A DNA stretch of 64,000 nucleotides, from assembly GCA_963718525.1 (NCBI GenBank), contig OY970355.1, positions 480,001-544,000 of the forward strand, read 5' to 3'. The stretch is from Candidatus Dormiibacterota bacterium (GTDB lineage: Bacteria; Chloroflexota; Dormibacteria; Aeolococcales; Aeolococcaceae). Of the stretch, positions 10,152 to 24,800 are shown one piece after another. Every line of letters starts with the position of its first letter. Position 1 is the first letter of the stretch. Below the pieces are notes generated by a model. The model made no database searches. It saw nothing but the letters and a program-made list of their open reading frames with translations, and was not told the DNA's origin. A program made the translations under genes and the position numbers.

Positions 10152-10628
10152 ATGGATCGAAAGAGCTTCGCGGGGATGGACTGCTCGGTCGCCCAGTGCC
10201 TCGAGGTCGTCGGGGAATGGTGGAGCATGCTGATCGTCCGGGATGCCTTCCTCGGAGTGACCCGCTTCGATGACTTCCAGCGCCGGCTGGGGATTTCGCG
10301 CAACATCCTCCAGGAGCGGCTCAGCACCCTTGTCGATGCGGGCGTGCTCGTTCGGGTGCCGTACTCGGAGCATCCGCCGCGCTACAGCTACCGCCTCACC
10401 GACAAGGGTCGCGACCTGTGGCCCATCCTCACGGCGATGCGGCAGTGGGGTGATCGGCACGCGGCGCCGGACGGTCCGCCGCTGCAGGTCATCCACAAGG
10501 CGTGCGGCGCCGTCTCGGAGGCGGTGCTGGTCTGCAGCACGTGTGGCGAACGGCTCGGGCCTCGTGTCGTCGAGGCGTTCCCGAGCCCGGGACATGAGCT
10601 GGCGGGGGTGATCGCGAGTCGCGCGTAA
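10152..10628 (+). CDS. HxlR family winged-helix transcriptional regulator
   Basis: CSVAQCLEVVGEWWSMLIVRDAFLGVTRFDDFQRRLGISRNIL...YRLTDKGRDL. Confidence 0.92.
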   Translation: MDRKSFAGMDCSVAQCLEVVGEWWSMLIVRDAFLGVTRFDDFQRRLGISRNILQERLSTLVDAGVLVRVPYSEHPPRYSYRLTDKGRDLWPILTAMRQWGDRHAAPDGPPLQVIHKACGAVSEAVLVCSTCGERLGPRVVEAFPSPGHELAGVIASRA

Positions 10629-10664
10629 TCGAAGTCGAGCGTCGAATGCGATGGGGGCGCCGGA

Positions 10665-11270
10665 TCAGCAAGGCCGGCACTGGAACCTCGACCGACCGAA
10701 CCCGCGAGGGGATCTTGGTGGCGGCCCTACTGCCTCGGATCGGTCTCCGCGTCGACGTCCTGGCCACGAGTTCAGGAATAACGCAACCGCCAGCACGAGA
10801 ATCACACCGGCGTTGGTGCCGAGCTCCTGCAAGGACTGCACTATCGACGGCGATCCAGCGGGCGATCCCCCTGAAGACAGCGTGAGCCGCGTCGAGACCG
10901 CGAGGATGTCTCGCACCGCGGCGATGATCCCGATGACCAGGAACGGCCGAAAGGGAAATCCCCAGCCCTCCAGGTGGGTGAGGACGGTTCGCATGATGTC
11001 CACGAGGATGATCACGACGAGCACGCCGTCGACGGCGCTGACCAGCGACAGCGTGTAGTTGGGTGACGACGCATTGAGCGAGGTGATGAAGCTGATGAAG
11101 CTTCGGACCAGCACCACGCCCGCGAGCACGAGAAGCACCAGCGCCACGCCGTACTGGACGAGGTCGATGAGCACCCGGATCGGCGTCCCCCGGCGTATCT
11201 CCGCCCACGACCAGACACCGCCGCCCTCAGGGGGCGGCTCAATGCGGCCAGCTCCAGGTTCGTCAGCCAT
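10665..11270 (-). CDS. PsiE-family (phosphate-starvation-inducible) membrane protein; probable +1 error near 10771, true stop probably at 10727
   Basis: LVVIILVDIMRTV...PFLVIGIIAAVRDIL; four TM segments; removing one base at 10771 gives C-terminus LTRGQDVDAETDPRQ*. Confidence 0.75.
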   Translation of the reverse strand: MADEPGAGRIEPPPEGGGVWSWAEIRRGTPIRVLIDLVQYGVALVLLVLAGVVLVRSFISFITSLNASSPNYTLSLVSAVDGVLVVIILVDIMRTVLTHLEGWGFPFRPFLVIGIIAAVRDILAVSTRLTLSSGGSPAGSPSIVQSLQELGTNAGVILVLAVALFLNSWPGRRRGDRSEAVGPPPRSPRGFGRSRFQCRPC

Positions 11271-11350
11271 GACGGTCAGTCAGTGTATGCCGCCCTCGCC
11301 CAGCCGCACGTTCTCGTCGAGGTTGAAACCATCGCCATCGGCACTTAACG

Positions 11351-11386
11351 AGGAAGACACGCCCCTGCGGTGGGACGTGTCTTCCT
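11351..11386 (-). terminator. strong hairpin, probable terminator of the two small membrane-protein genes
   Basis: 11-bp perfect inverted repeat AGGAAGACACG / CGTGTCTTCCT just downstream of stop 11414; no U-tract. Confidence 0.5.
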
Positions 11387-11413
11387 GACGGGTGCTGGGG
11401 GTGAATCCACCCC

Positions 11414-11569
11414 TCAGTAATAGTGGCGACGTCCACCCACTGCGTGCCCGGCCATTCCCATCAGCTCGAGCACGAGCCCGATGACGATCAGGATCACCCC
11501 GATGGTGACCAGGATGGGTATCGCCGCCACCAGCCCGATGATGAGCAAGATGATGCCCAGAACGATCAT
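11414..11569 (-). CDS. small membrane protein (DUF6131-like)
   Basis: MIVLGIILLIIG...GHAVGGRRHYY; GAGGAG RBS. Confidence 0.75.
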   Translation of the reverse strand: MIVLGIILLIIGLVAAIPILVTIGVILIVIGLVLELMGMAGHAVGGRRHYY

Positions 11570-11600
11570 TCCGTATCTCCTCGTGGTGCGAAGTTGGTTG

Positions 11601-11825
11601 TCAGAGCGGACGGTCGTCGATGGTGGTGGTGGTGCTGCCCCGGCGCACAACCCCCGGGCCGCCCCACGACGACCAGAAGATCAGTGACAGGACGACTCCG
11701 AGCGCTCCAACCGCCATCAGGATGTACCCGATGGTGTGCAGGTCGACCCCGTTGGTGGTGACGTGGATGGCAAAGGCCAGCACGGCTCCGACCGCGATCA
11801 GAAAGATGGCCACTCCGATTCCCAT
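11601..11825 (-). CDS. small membrane protein (DUF6458-like)
   Basis: MGIGVAIFLIAVGAVLAFA...VDLHTIGYILMAVG; AAGGAGG RBS. Confidence 0.78.
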   Translation of the reverse strand: MGIGVAIFLIAVGAVLAFAIHVTTNGVDLHTIGYILMAVGALGVVLSLIFWSSWGGPGVVRRGSTTTTIDDRPL

Positions 11826-12051
11826 TGATAACCTCCTTGTTCTCGCTGCCCCTATCCCAGGTATGTCAGCGACCGTATAGCTGATTCGGATACCGATACT
11901 ATCACATATGGACCCGCGGATGTGAAGGGTTGAGCGAACCCCGAGCCTGGCAGTGATCTGCGGGCAGGCTCACGACGACGGTGGGTGAGGACCCGTCTGA
12001 TACCGTGAGAGCCATCAATCATGCTAGTTCATCTAGCAGATTTGCGCTCAC

Positions 12052-14280
12052 GTGGAGCGGTTGGAGCAGGTACCCACGCGGGGTTTCGTTCGGATGATTC
12101 TCGAGAGCGTCGTCTTCTTCGCACTGCTGCTGATCACGACGCTGGTCATTGCGTCGCTGCCGCGCGCGATCACCGCGCACGCGTGGCTCGCCGTGCCGCT
12201 CTGCCTGGTTGCTCTTGCAGGAGCAGGGGCTGCCTTCCTCGAGATCGAGCGTGACGAGCCGGGTATGGCGACGCTCGGAATCGTGGCGATCGTGCTGGTC
12301 GTTGCCATGCGGATCATCCAGCCGCGATGGAGCTTCGTCGGCGCGCAGCTGTTCGTGGGGGTCAGCGCCGCCGCACTGTGTTACCTGACCTACGCGTCAC
12401 TCCAGACGTTTCTTGGTGGCCTGCCGCTGGGCGCGATGCTCGCATCGGTCGTGCTGCTCATCCTCGAGATCCTTGCGCTGCTCCTGTCGGTGTCATTCAC
12501 GTTCGAGATCGTGGACGTGCTGTCGCGCCGCGAGCGGCGGCGAGCGATCCCGCCAATGACGAGAGCGCCGTGGGTGGCGCTCCAGGTGCCCACGTACAAC
12601 GAGCCGCTCGAGGTGGTCCGGCCAACGCTCGAATCGCTTGCCAGGCTTGACTATCCGAACCTCATCGTCCAGGTCGTCGACAACAACACGTCCGATCCGG
12701 CGCTCTGGGAACCGATCGAGGAGCTCTGCGCGCAGATGGGTCCGCGCTTCACCTTCCTGCACCTCGAGGACTGGCCTGGCTTCAAGGCAGGGGCGCTCAA
12801 CGAGGCCACCACCCGTCTCCCCGCGGAGATCGAGATTCTGGGCATCGTGGATGCGGACTACCAGGTGCATCCGCAATGGCTCCGCAACACCATCGGCCAT
12901 TTCGATGATCCTTCCGTCGCGTTCATGCAGACGTCCCAGCACTATCGCGAGTGGCGGGACAACCGGTATCTGCGCGGCCTCTTCTACAGCTTCCGCTATT
13001 TCTTCGACATCACGATGATCGCGCGCAGCCATCGCAACGCGATCATCTTCTGCGGCACCATGGGGCTGATCCGCCGGTCGGCGTTCAGCGAGATCGGCGG
13101 CTGGAACCAGGAGTGCATCACCGAGGACGCGGAGGCGTCGTTGCGCATGCTCGGTGCCGGCTACCGCGGCGTCTACGATCCGGCGGCATACGGCGAGGGG
13201 CTGATGCCATTGGATTTCGACGGCCTGAAGAAGCAGCGGTTCCGCTGGGCGCTCGGTGGCATCCAGATTCTCAAGTTCCACTGGCGCGAGATGGTCCCGT
13301 TCGCGAAGCACCGGATGAGGCTGACGGCCGGCCAGCGCATCCACTATCTGCTCGGCAGTGTGCAGTGGTTCGCGGAGGTCCTGACCGCCACGTTCACCGT
13401 GTTGCTCCTCGCCACGGCCCTCGCGACGTCTCTGCATGAACGGCTGCCGGTGCGCCAGCTGACCGGCGCCGTCCTTGCCGTGCCGCTCGCATTCGCGATC
13501 ACCGGCATTCTGCGCGCGGTGTGGGCGATGCGCCGCGCCTGCCACGCCACCACCCGGGATGCGCTCAACGCCCTGCGTGTGTGGTTCGCGCTGTCATGGG
13601 TGGTCACGCTCGCCTGCGTGCGCGGCCTCGTCCAACGACACGCCGAGTTCCTGCGCACCGCCAAGAGCAAGGAGGGCCGTTCGCTGATCGCAGCGCTGCG
13701 TTCATCGCGTGCCGAAACCGGCCTGATGATCGCCGGTGTCGCCGGGGCGGCAGCGATGCTGGTGCGGTCGCCAAGCTTTGCGACGGTTGTGCTTGCGGCG
13801 CTGCTGGGGTTCGAAGCCTTCGTCTACTCCAACGCACCGTGGGCAAGCCTCGCGGCGGAAGGCATCATCCTGACGCCGGAGCGCCTCGCCTACGCTCGGT
13901 CGCCGCAGAACACCGGTGATCGTCCCCAACGCAGGCGACCGATGGCACTGCCGCTCGGAGTGACGGGACTGGCGGCGGCCGCCGCGGTGGTGGCCTTGGT
14001 GGTGTCGTCACCGAGCCAGAATTCGCCGTTCGGCGGACCGCAATTCGACCTGCCGCGCATCGGCAATGTCGCGCCGAATCTAAAGGTCGGTCCGCTTCCC
14101 GCCGTGACTCCGTCGCCATCCGCGAGCGCCACCCCGAGCGCACAAACGAGTCCGTCGACATCGCCAAGCCCGTCGGCGTCACCATCCGCATCACCGACGA
14201 CCGCTCCGACAACGTCGCCGACACCCGGGCCCACCGCGACGCCGACGCCCGTCGCGACACCGACGTCAGCTGCCCCCTAA
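12052..14280 (+). CDS. processive family-2 glycosyltransferase (cellulose synthase/NdvB-like) with Pro/Ser/Thr-rich C-terminal tail
   Basis: VPTYNEP, GFKAGALN, VDADY, ITED, QRFRW (D,D,D,QxxRW signature); TM helices on both sides. Confidence 0.88.
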   Translation: MERLEQVPTRGFVRMILESVVFFALLLITTLVIASLPRAITAHAWLAVPLCLVALAGAGAAFLEIERDEPGMATLGIVAIVLVVAMRIIQPRWSFVGAQLFVGVSAAALCYLTYASLQTFLGGLPLGAMLASVVLLILEILALLLSVSFTFEIVDVLSRRERRRAIPPMTRAPWVALQVPTYNEPLEVVRPTLESLARLDYPNLIVQVVDNNTSDPALWEPIEELCAQMGPRFTFLHLEDWPGFKAGALNEATTRLPAEIEILGIVDADYQVHPQWLRNTIGHFDDPSVAFMQTSQHYREWRDNRYLRGLFYSFRYFFDITMIARSHRNAIIFCGTMGLIRRSAFSEIGGWNQECITEDAEASLRMLGAGYRGVYDPAAYGEGLMPLDFDGLKKQRFRWALGGIQILKFHWREMVPFAKHRMRLTAGQRIHYLLGSVQWFAEVLTATFTVLLLATALATSLHERLPVRQLTGAVLAVPLAFAITGILRAVWAMRRACHATTRDALNALRVWFALSWVVTLACVRGLVQRHAEFLRTAKSKEGRSLIAALRSSRAETGLMIAGVAGAAAMLVRSPSFATVVLAALLGFEAFVYSNAPWASLAAEGIILTPERLAYARSPQNTGDRPQRRRPMALPLGVTGLAAAAAVVALVVSSPSQNSPFGGPQFDLPRIGNVAPNLKVGPLPAVTPSPSASATPSAQTSPSTSPSPSASPSASPTTAPTTSPTPGPTATPTPVATPTSAAP

Positions 14281-14317
14281 GTCACGGCGGGGCGTTCACG
14301 CCTGCGGTTGTTGACGT

Positions 14318-15750
14318 CTAAGGCAGGCGCACCGAACCGGTCAGATACGCGTCGCAGCTGCGCGCCGCGGCGCGACCATCCGCAATCGCCCAGACGATCA
14401 GCGAGGCACCGCGAACCGCATCACCGGCTGCGAAGACGCCGGGTGCGGCACAGGCAAATGCCTCGTCGACCGCAACGTTCCCCGCGTCGTTGAACGTCAC
14501 TGACAGCTCATCGAGCAAGCCGGACTTCGTCGGGCCGGCGTAGCCGATCGCGATGAGCACGAGGTCGGCGCCAAGCTGCACGTCCTCCCCCGGCAGCGGG
14601 ACGAACGTGCGGTTCCCATTCTCGCGACGCGCTTCCACTCGAGCCGCGTGCACACGCCGCACCGCGCCCTTATCGCCTTCGAACCTCGTCACCATCAGGC
14701 CGAAGTCGCGCGACCCACCCTCATCGTGCGCCGGGTACGTACGCAGGATGAGCGGCCACTGCGGCCACGGGTTTCCGTCGGGCCGGGTGTCCGGCGGTTG
14801 CGCATAGAGGTAGAGCTGCTGCACCTCGCTGCACCGCTCACGGATGACGTTCCCGAGGCAGTCCGCGCCGGTATCGCCGCCTCCGATGATGATCACCTTC
14901 CCGCCTCGCGCAGTGATATCAGGTTGCGTCGTGGCACGCTCGCCGGCGACTCTGCGGTTCTGCTGGACCAGGTAGTCCATCGCGAAGTGAACGCCGCCCA
15001 ATTCGCGCCCGGGGACGTCGATGTCGCGCGGCCGATCGGCACCCACGCCGAGCACGACCGCGTCGAAGCGCTCCCGCAACTGTGCTGCACTGATGTCGGT
15101 GCCGATGTCGTACCCCGTCTCGAAGGTGATGCCTTCAGCCTCGAGCAGATCGATCCGCCGGTCCAGCACCCATTTCTCCATCTTGAAATCGGGAATGCCG
15201 AATCGCAGCAGGCCGCCGACACGGTCGGACCGCTCGAACACGGTGACGCGATGACCGGCTCGGTTGAGCTGTTGCGCGGCGGCGAGGCCGGCCGGCCCGG
15301 AGCCGACCACCGCCACGCGCCGTCCCGTGCGATGCGCCGGCGGTTCAGCGCGGATCCAGCCTTCGTCGAAAGCCCGATCGATGATTGCCTGTTCAATCTG
15401 CTTGATCGCGACCGGGTCATCGTTGATGGCGAGCACGCATGCGGGCTCGCATGGCGCGGGGCACAGGCGGCCGGTGAACTCCGGAAAGTTGTTGGTGGCA
15501 TGGAGCCGCTCCACGGCAGCTTTCCAGTCATCGCGCGCGACGAGGTCGTTCCACTCGGGGATGAGGTTGCCGAGCGGACATCCGTGGTGACAGAAGGCGA
15601 CGCCGCAGTCCATGCATCGCGACCCCTGATCACGCAGTATCTGTACCGGCAACGGCAGGTACACCTCACGGTAGTCGGCGATCCGTTCCGACACCGGCCG
15701 TTTGTGAGCGGTGTGCCGCGTGTGCTGGAGGAACCCGGTGCGCGCCGGCA

Positions 15751-15751
<1 letters not shown>
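14318..15751 (-). CDS. gltD: glutamate synthase small subunit
   Basis: RCMDCG..FCHHGCPLGNLIPEWN, NNFPEFTGRLCPAPCE, GSGPAGLAAA, GGGDTGADC, ASLIVWAI. Confidence 0.96.
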
Positions 15752-20274
<4,523 letters not shown>

Positions 20275-20494
20275 GCTCGGGCGGTCAGAGCAAGTTGGGC
20301 ATGCGGACTGCTGGGCCTGTGCTACGGTACGCGTCAATGGCCGCAACTGCGCGTCGATACTTTGGCCCGCCAGCCGTAAGGCTGCCGGGGGTCCTCTAAC
20401 CCGACCGCGCAGTCGTTACCAGGGCTGGTTCATCAGAGATGGGTCAGCCCCGGATCCCGTGTGGTGGCCCATCACCACTCGGAGGTGCCAAACA

Positions 20495-21583
20495 GTGACC
20501 ATCGAGCCGCTGCTCCTCAGCGCGACACGACGACACGAAACCCACCGCGTCACGATCGGCGACGTCACGGTGGGCGGCGACACGGTCCCGGTGATGGCCG
20601 GGCCATGCACAGTCGAGCCGGGCTACGTCGACCACGCCATTGCGGCGCGGCGGGCAGGCGCCTCGGTGCTTCGCGGCTGCGTGATGAAACCTCGCACACG
20701 ACCGGGATCGTTCCAGGGCCTTGGCCGTGACGGGCTTCCGCTGCTCGACGAGGCGCGACGCGTCACCGGGTTGCCGGTGATCGCCGAACCGCTCGCCGGC
20801 GATGACATCGGCATGCTCCGCGACCACGTCGACGCCCTGCTCATCGGCGCCCGCTCGATGCACAACACACCGCTGCTGCGCGCAGCAGGCCAGAGCGGCA
20901 TGACGGTGATCCTCAAGCGAGGAATGTCTGCCACGTACGACGAGTGGCTTGCGGCCGCCGACTACGTGACCGCTGAGGGAAACCGAGAGGTCGTCCTCTG
21001 CGAGCGGGGCATCCGCACCTTCGAGACGAGCACACGGAACACGCTGGACGTGAGCGCGATCGCGGTGCTCCGCGACATGACCGATCTCCCAATCGCCGTG
21101 GATCCGAGTCACGCCGCGGGCAAGTCGCGATGGGTCCCGTCGCTCGCCGTCGCCGCCCTCGCCGCCGGCGCTGACGCGCTGCTCATCGAGTGTCACCCGG
21201 ATCCGGCCGCATCGCTGTGCGACGCTGCCCAGGCGATTACTCCTGAGGTACTCGGCCAGATCGTCCACACCTCGCTGGCGCTCTGCGCGATGACGCGTCC
21301 GGCAGTCGCCGAGACGGTTGCCGGATGCCGCCTCATGATCGACACCATCGACGATGCCGTCTTCCAGATGCTCGAGTACCGTGCCGCGATTGTCGAAGCC
21401 GTGCAGCACCGCAAGACGGCGGCCCAACTGCCGGAGCGTGACCTCGGTCGCGAACAGGAAATCGTGGAACGGCTGTCGCAACGCGCGCCGCGACTGGGAG
21501 AGCAGCGAATTGATCGCCTCGTGCACGCGATCATCGACGAGTGCCTCGACGTCGTTCCGGTTCGCCCCCAGGCGGTCGCCTGA
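20495..21583 (+). CDS. type I-beta DAHP synthase with C-terminal chorismate-mutase-like domain
   Basis: AGPCTVE, KPRT, IGAR, ILKRG, LCERGIRTFE, DPSHAAG; C-terminus R..ID.ID....L..R; GGAGG RBS at 20481. Confidence 0.85.
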   Translation: MTIEPLLLSATRRHETHRVTIGDVTVGGDTVPVMAGPCTVEPGYVDHAIAARRAGASVLRGCVMKPRTRPGSFQGLGRDGLPLLDEARRVTGLPVIAEPLAGDDIGMLRDHVDALLIGARSMHNTPLLRAAGQSGMTVILKRGMSATYDEWLAAADYVTAEGNREVVLCERGIRTFETSTRNTLDVSAIAVLRDMTDLPIAVDPSHAAGKSRWVPSLAVAALAAGADALLIECHPDPAASLCDAAQAITPEVLGQIVHTSLALCAMTRPAVAETVAGCRLMIDTIDDAVFQMLEYRAAIVEAVQHRKTAAQLPERDLGREQEIVERLSQRAPRLGEQRIDRLVHAIIDECLDVVPVRPQAVA

Positions 21584-21623
21584 CGCCGTCCACGCCGTCG
21601 TCCGGCAACTCTAAGCTTGACCC

Positions 21624-23564
21624 ATGGCCTTCCAGCCACCCAATCAGCCGGCGCGTCCCGCACCGCCTGGTCCGCAGCGACCCAACGTGCTCGGCTACAA
21701 CCCCATGCGCTGGCGGCGGTTCTGGGTGCTCATCTTCGCGCTGCTCCTGGTCAACATCCTGGTGACGAGCATCATCCAGTCAGCAAGTCAGGCGCCATCG
21801 GTGACCATTCCGTACAACGTCTTCGTCGATCAGGTCAACGCGGGCAACGTGGTCAACATCACGGCGACCGGTGATTCGATCACCGGCACGGCGAAAAAGG
21901 CAGTCAGCGCCGGGCCGGGGCAGCCCAGCGCCAAGGATTTCGCCACCCAGCGTCCCTCGTTCGCGAGTGACAACCTGGAGGCGGCGCTGCTCAAGAACAA
22001 CGTCAGCATCCTCGCCGAACCACCGAATCCACCGACCCCGTTCTGGGAAACGCTCCTCCTCTGGTTCGGACCGACGTTGCTGATCGTCTTCGGGTTCATC
22101 TACCTGATGCGACGAAGTGCCGCGGCACTGGGAGGCGGTGGCGCCGGTGGCATCCTCGGACGGTTCGGGCAGAGCGGAGCCCGCCTCTACAACCCCGAGC
22201 ATCCGGACACCACGTTCGCCGATGTCGCCGGGATCGACGAGGTGAAAGCCGAGTTGGTCGAGATCGTCGACTTTCTGAAGAAACCCGAGAAATACCAGCG
22301 CCTGGGCGGGACCATCCCCAAAGGAGTCCTGCTCATCGGCGCGCCGGGAACCGGAAAGACGCTGCTTGCGCGCGCCGTTGCGGGCGAGGCCGGCGTGCCG
22401 TTCTTCTCCATCTCTGCGTCGGAGTTCATCGAGGCGATCGTGGGAGTCGGTGCGTCCCGCGTGCGTGACCTCTTTCAGAAGGCGCGCGCCGCCGCACCGG
22501 CCATCGTGTTCATCGACGAGCTCGACGCGATCGGACGGTCGCGGTCGGCCGGTGTTCGTCTGGGAGGCAACGACGAACAGGAGCAAACCCTCAACCAGAT
22601 CCTGACCGAGATGGATGGTTTCGACCCTCGCGTGGGCGTGATCGTGCTGGCAGCGACCAACCGCGCGGATGTCCTTGACGCCGCGCTGCTCCGGCCCGGA
22701 CGCTTCGACCGCCGCATCACCGTGCCGTTCCCGGATCGGCGCGGCCGGCTCGAGATTCTCCGCATCCACACCAGGCACATCCCGCTCGGACCCGATGTCG
22801 ACCTTGAAGTGATCGCCTCGCTGACGGCCGGGATGGTCGGCGCAGACCTGCGCAATCTTGCCAACGAGGCAGCACTCGCCGCGGCTCGCCGCGACGCGCA
22901 AGTGGTCAACCAGATCGATTTCACGGACGCCCTGGTGAAGGTTGAGCTGGGATCCGAACGCAAGCTCTCGCTCACCATGATCGACCGCGAACGGATCGCG
23001 TATCACGAATCGGGACACGCGTTGCTCGGGCTGCTCCAGCCCGGGGCAGACCCGGTGCGCCGGGTGTCGATCATCCCGCGCGGTCAATCGCTCGGCGTCA
23101 CCGTGCAGAGCCCTGTCGATGACCGCTTCAGCTACGGCGAGGACTACCTCCGCGGGCGGATCACCGGAGCACTTGGCGGCAGAGCGGCCGAAGAGCTCGT
23201 CTACGGGGTCGTCACGACCGGTGCCGAGAGCGATCTCCGCCAGGTCACCGCGATCGCGCGGCAGATGGTGGTGCGCTACGGCATGAGTTCGAAGGTCGGC
23301 GTGCTCAGCCTCGCCGATGACGTGGACGGCCCTGGGCAGCCCCTGGGGTTCTCACGACCGTACAGCGAAGAGACGGCAGCTCTCATCGACGAGGAGGTGC
23401 GTCGCATCTGCGAGGAGTGTCTCCGCCAGGCCACTGCGCTGCTCAGCAGCAACCGAGGCAAGCTGGACGCGCTTGTCAAGGCACTGCTCGAGCACGACAC
23501 ACTCGGCGAGGCGGAGATCCTCGCGGTCACGGGACTCCAGGCGCCGGTTACAGCACCGCAGTGA
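21624..23564 (+). CDS. ftsH: ATP-dependent zinc metalloprotease FtsH
   Basis: Two TM helices, [38 protein letters not shown]. Confidence 0.96.
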   Translation: MAFQPPNQPARPAPPGPQRPNVLGYNPMRWRRFWVLIFALLLVNILVTSIIQSASQAPSVTIPYNVFVDQVNAGNVVNITATGDSITGTAKKAVSAGPGQPSAKDFATQRPSFASDNLEAALLKNNVSILAEPPNPPTPFWETLLLWFGPTLLIVFGFIYLMRRSAAALGGGGAGGILGRFGQSGARLYNPEHPDTTFADVAGIDEVKAELVEIVDFLKKPEKYQRLGGTIPKGVLLIGAPGTGKTLLARAVAGEAGVPFFSISASEFIEAIVGVGASRVRDLFQKARAAAPAIVFIDELDAIGRSRSAGVRLGGNDEQEQTLNQILTEMDGFDPRVGVIVLAATNRADVLDAALLRPGRFDRRITVPFPDRRGRLEILRIHTRHIPLGPDVDLEVIASLTAGMVGADLRNLANEAALAAARRDAQVVNQIDFTDALVKVELGSERKLSLTMIDRERIAYHESGHALLGLLQPGADPVRRVSIIPRGQSLGVTVQSPVDDRFSYGEDYLRGRITGALGGRAAEELVYGVVTTGAESDLRQVTAIARQMVVRYGMSSKVGVLSLADDVDGPGQPLGFSRPYSEETAALIDEEVRRICEECLRQATALLSSNRGKLDALVKALLEHDTLGEAEILAVTGLQAPVTAPQ

Positions 23565-24609
23565 GCTCTCGCTCACGCGGCGCGGCAACGACCTTGTCAC
23601 TGAGGTCGAAGACGATCCGCCCGGTCACGGCTCCATTGAGCACATCCCGGATCGACTCATTCACGGTATCGAGAGAACGCGTCTCGCGGATCACATGAGT
23701 GCGCCCGCGAGCATGCAGCTCGTACACCTCATCAAGATCCTTGCGGGTGCCGACGATCGACCCGACGATGGTGATGCCGTTGAGCACCGTCTCGAAGATC
23801 GGGATGCTCACCGCATTGTCCGCGGGCAGCGCCACGAACACCAACGTTCCCTTGCGACGCAATGACCCGAACGCCTGCTCGAACGAACGAGGCGACACCG
23901 CGAGTGCGATCGCCGCATCCGCGCCGCCGAGACGCTGGATCGCCGCTACCGGATCCTCTTCGGATGCATTGACCGTGTAGTCCGCTCCGACGTCCGTCGC
24001 CATCGCGAGCTTCTTCTCGGTGAGATCGACAGCAACCACCGTTGCGCCTGCGATCTTCGCGTACTGCACCGCCATGTGCCCGAGGCCGCCGACACCGAAC
24101 ACCGCTACCAGGTCCGATGAGCGTGCGCCGGAGGACTTGACGGCTTTGTAGGCCGTCACTCCTGCACACGTGAGTGGTGCTGCGTCGAAGGGATCCATAC
24201 CAGGTGGGACAATGCCGACGTACGCCGCCGATGCCTTGGCATACTCCGCGTACGCGCCGTCGATTGCGTATCCCGTGTTCAACTGCTTGAGGCACAGCGT
24301 CTCCCATCCGGAAACGCAGTACTCGCACGTCCCGCACGCGTAGCCAAGCCAGGCAAGGGCAACCCGCTCACCTTCCTTGACGCGTTTGACGCCCAAACCA
24401 ACACGCGTCACGAGCCCAACTCCCTCATGACCTGGAACGAACGGAAGGCTTGGCTTCACCGGCCAATCGCCGTTCGCAGCGTGGATGTCCGTATGGCACA
24501 GGCCCGATGCCTCGATGCGGACAACCACCTCTCCGTACCCCGGCGTCGGGATCGGACGCTCATCGAGGACGAGCGGTTGACGGAAATCATGAACGACCGC
24601 TGCTTTCAT
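23548..24609 (-). CDS. adhP: zinc-dependent alcohol dehydrogenase (AdhP type)
   Basis: GLCHTD, GHEGVG, CGTCEYC...C, PLTCAGVT, GVGGLGH. Confidence 0.92.
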   Translation of the reverse strand: MKAAVVHDFRQPLVLDERPIPTPGYGEVVVRIEASGLCHTDIHAANGDWPVKPSLPFVPGHEGVGLVTRVGLGVKRVKEGERVALAWLGYACGTCEYCVSGWETLCLKQLNTGYAIDGAYAEYAKASAAYVGIVPPGMDPFDAAPLTCAGVTAYKAVKSSGARSSDLVAVFGVGGLGHMAVQYAKIAGATVVAVDLTEKKLAMATDVGADYTVNASEEDPVAAIQRLGGADAAIALAVSPRSFEQAFGSLRRKGTLVFVALPADNAVSIPIFETVLNGITIVGSIVGTRKDLDEVYELHARGRTHVIRETRSLDTVNESIRDVLNGAVTGRIVFDLSDKVVAAPRERELTAVL

Positions 24610-24800
24610 CAGCTTCTCCAGGCAATATCGGTTGACGAGATGCTGATGAACGTAGTCCAGTCGCCGGTGTACTCACCAGGGCCCTCGGCCATCAAACGTG
24701 CGCCGTTGGTCCCGAAGTGTTCGGGTCATGTGCGCGTTCGAGTGCGGTGTCGTGCGCTCGCCTTCGACATCGAGCTGGCCGCGATTCGCCGGCGGCCGGC

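Noticed and set aside
11385-11413. GGGGTGAATC, resembling part of the c-di-AMP (ydaO) riboswitch
   Set aside because: The other conserved segments are absent on the same strand, no gene lies downstream in that orientation, and it is explained as a simple GGGGTG/CACCCC hairpin
14100-14275. Repetitive CCG/ACG/TCG-rich tract
   Set aside because: It encodes the Pro/Ser/Thr tail of the GT2 and is not a DNA repeat element or CRISPR
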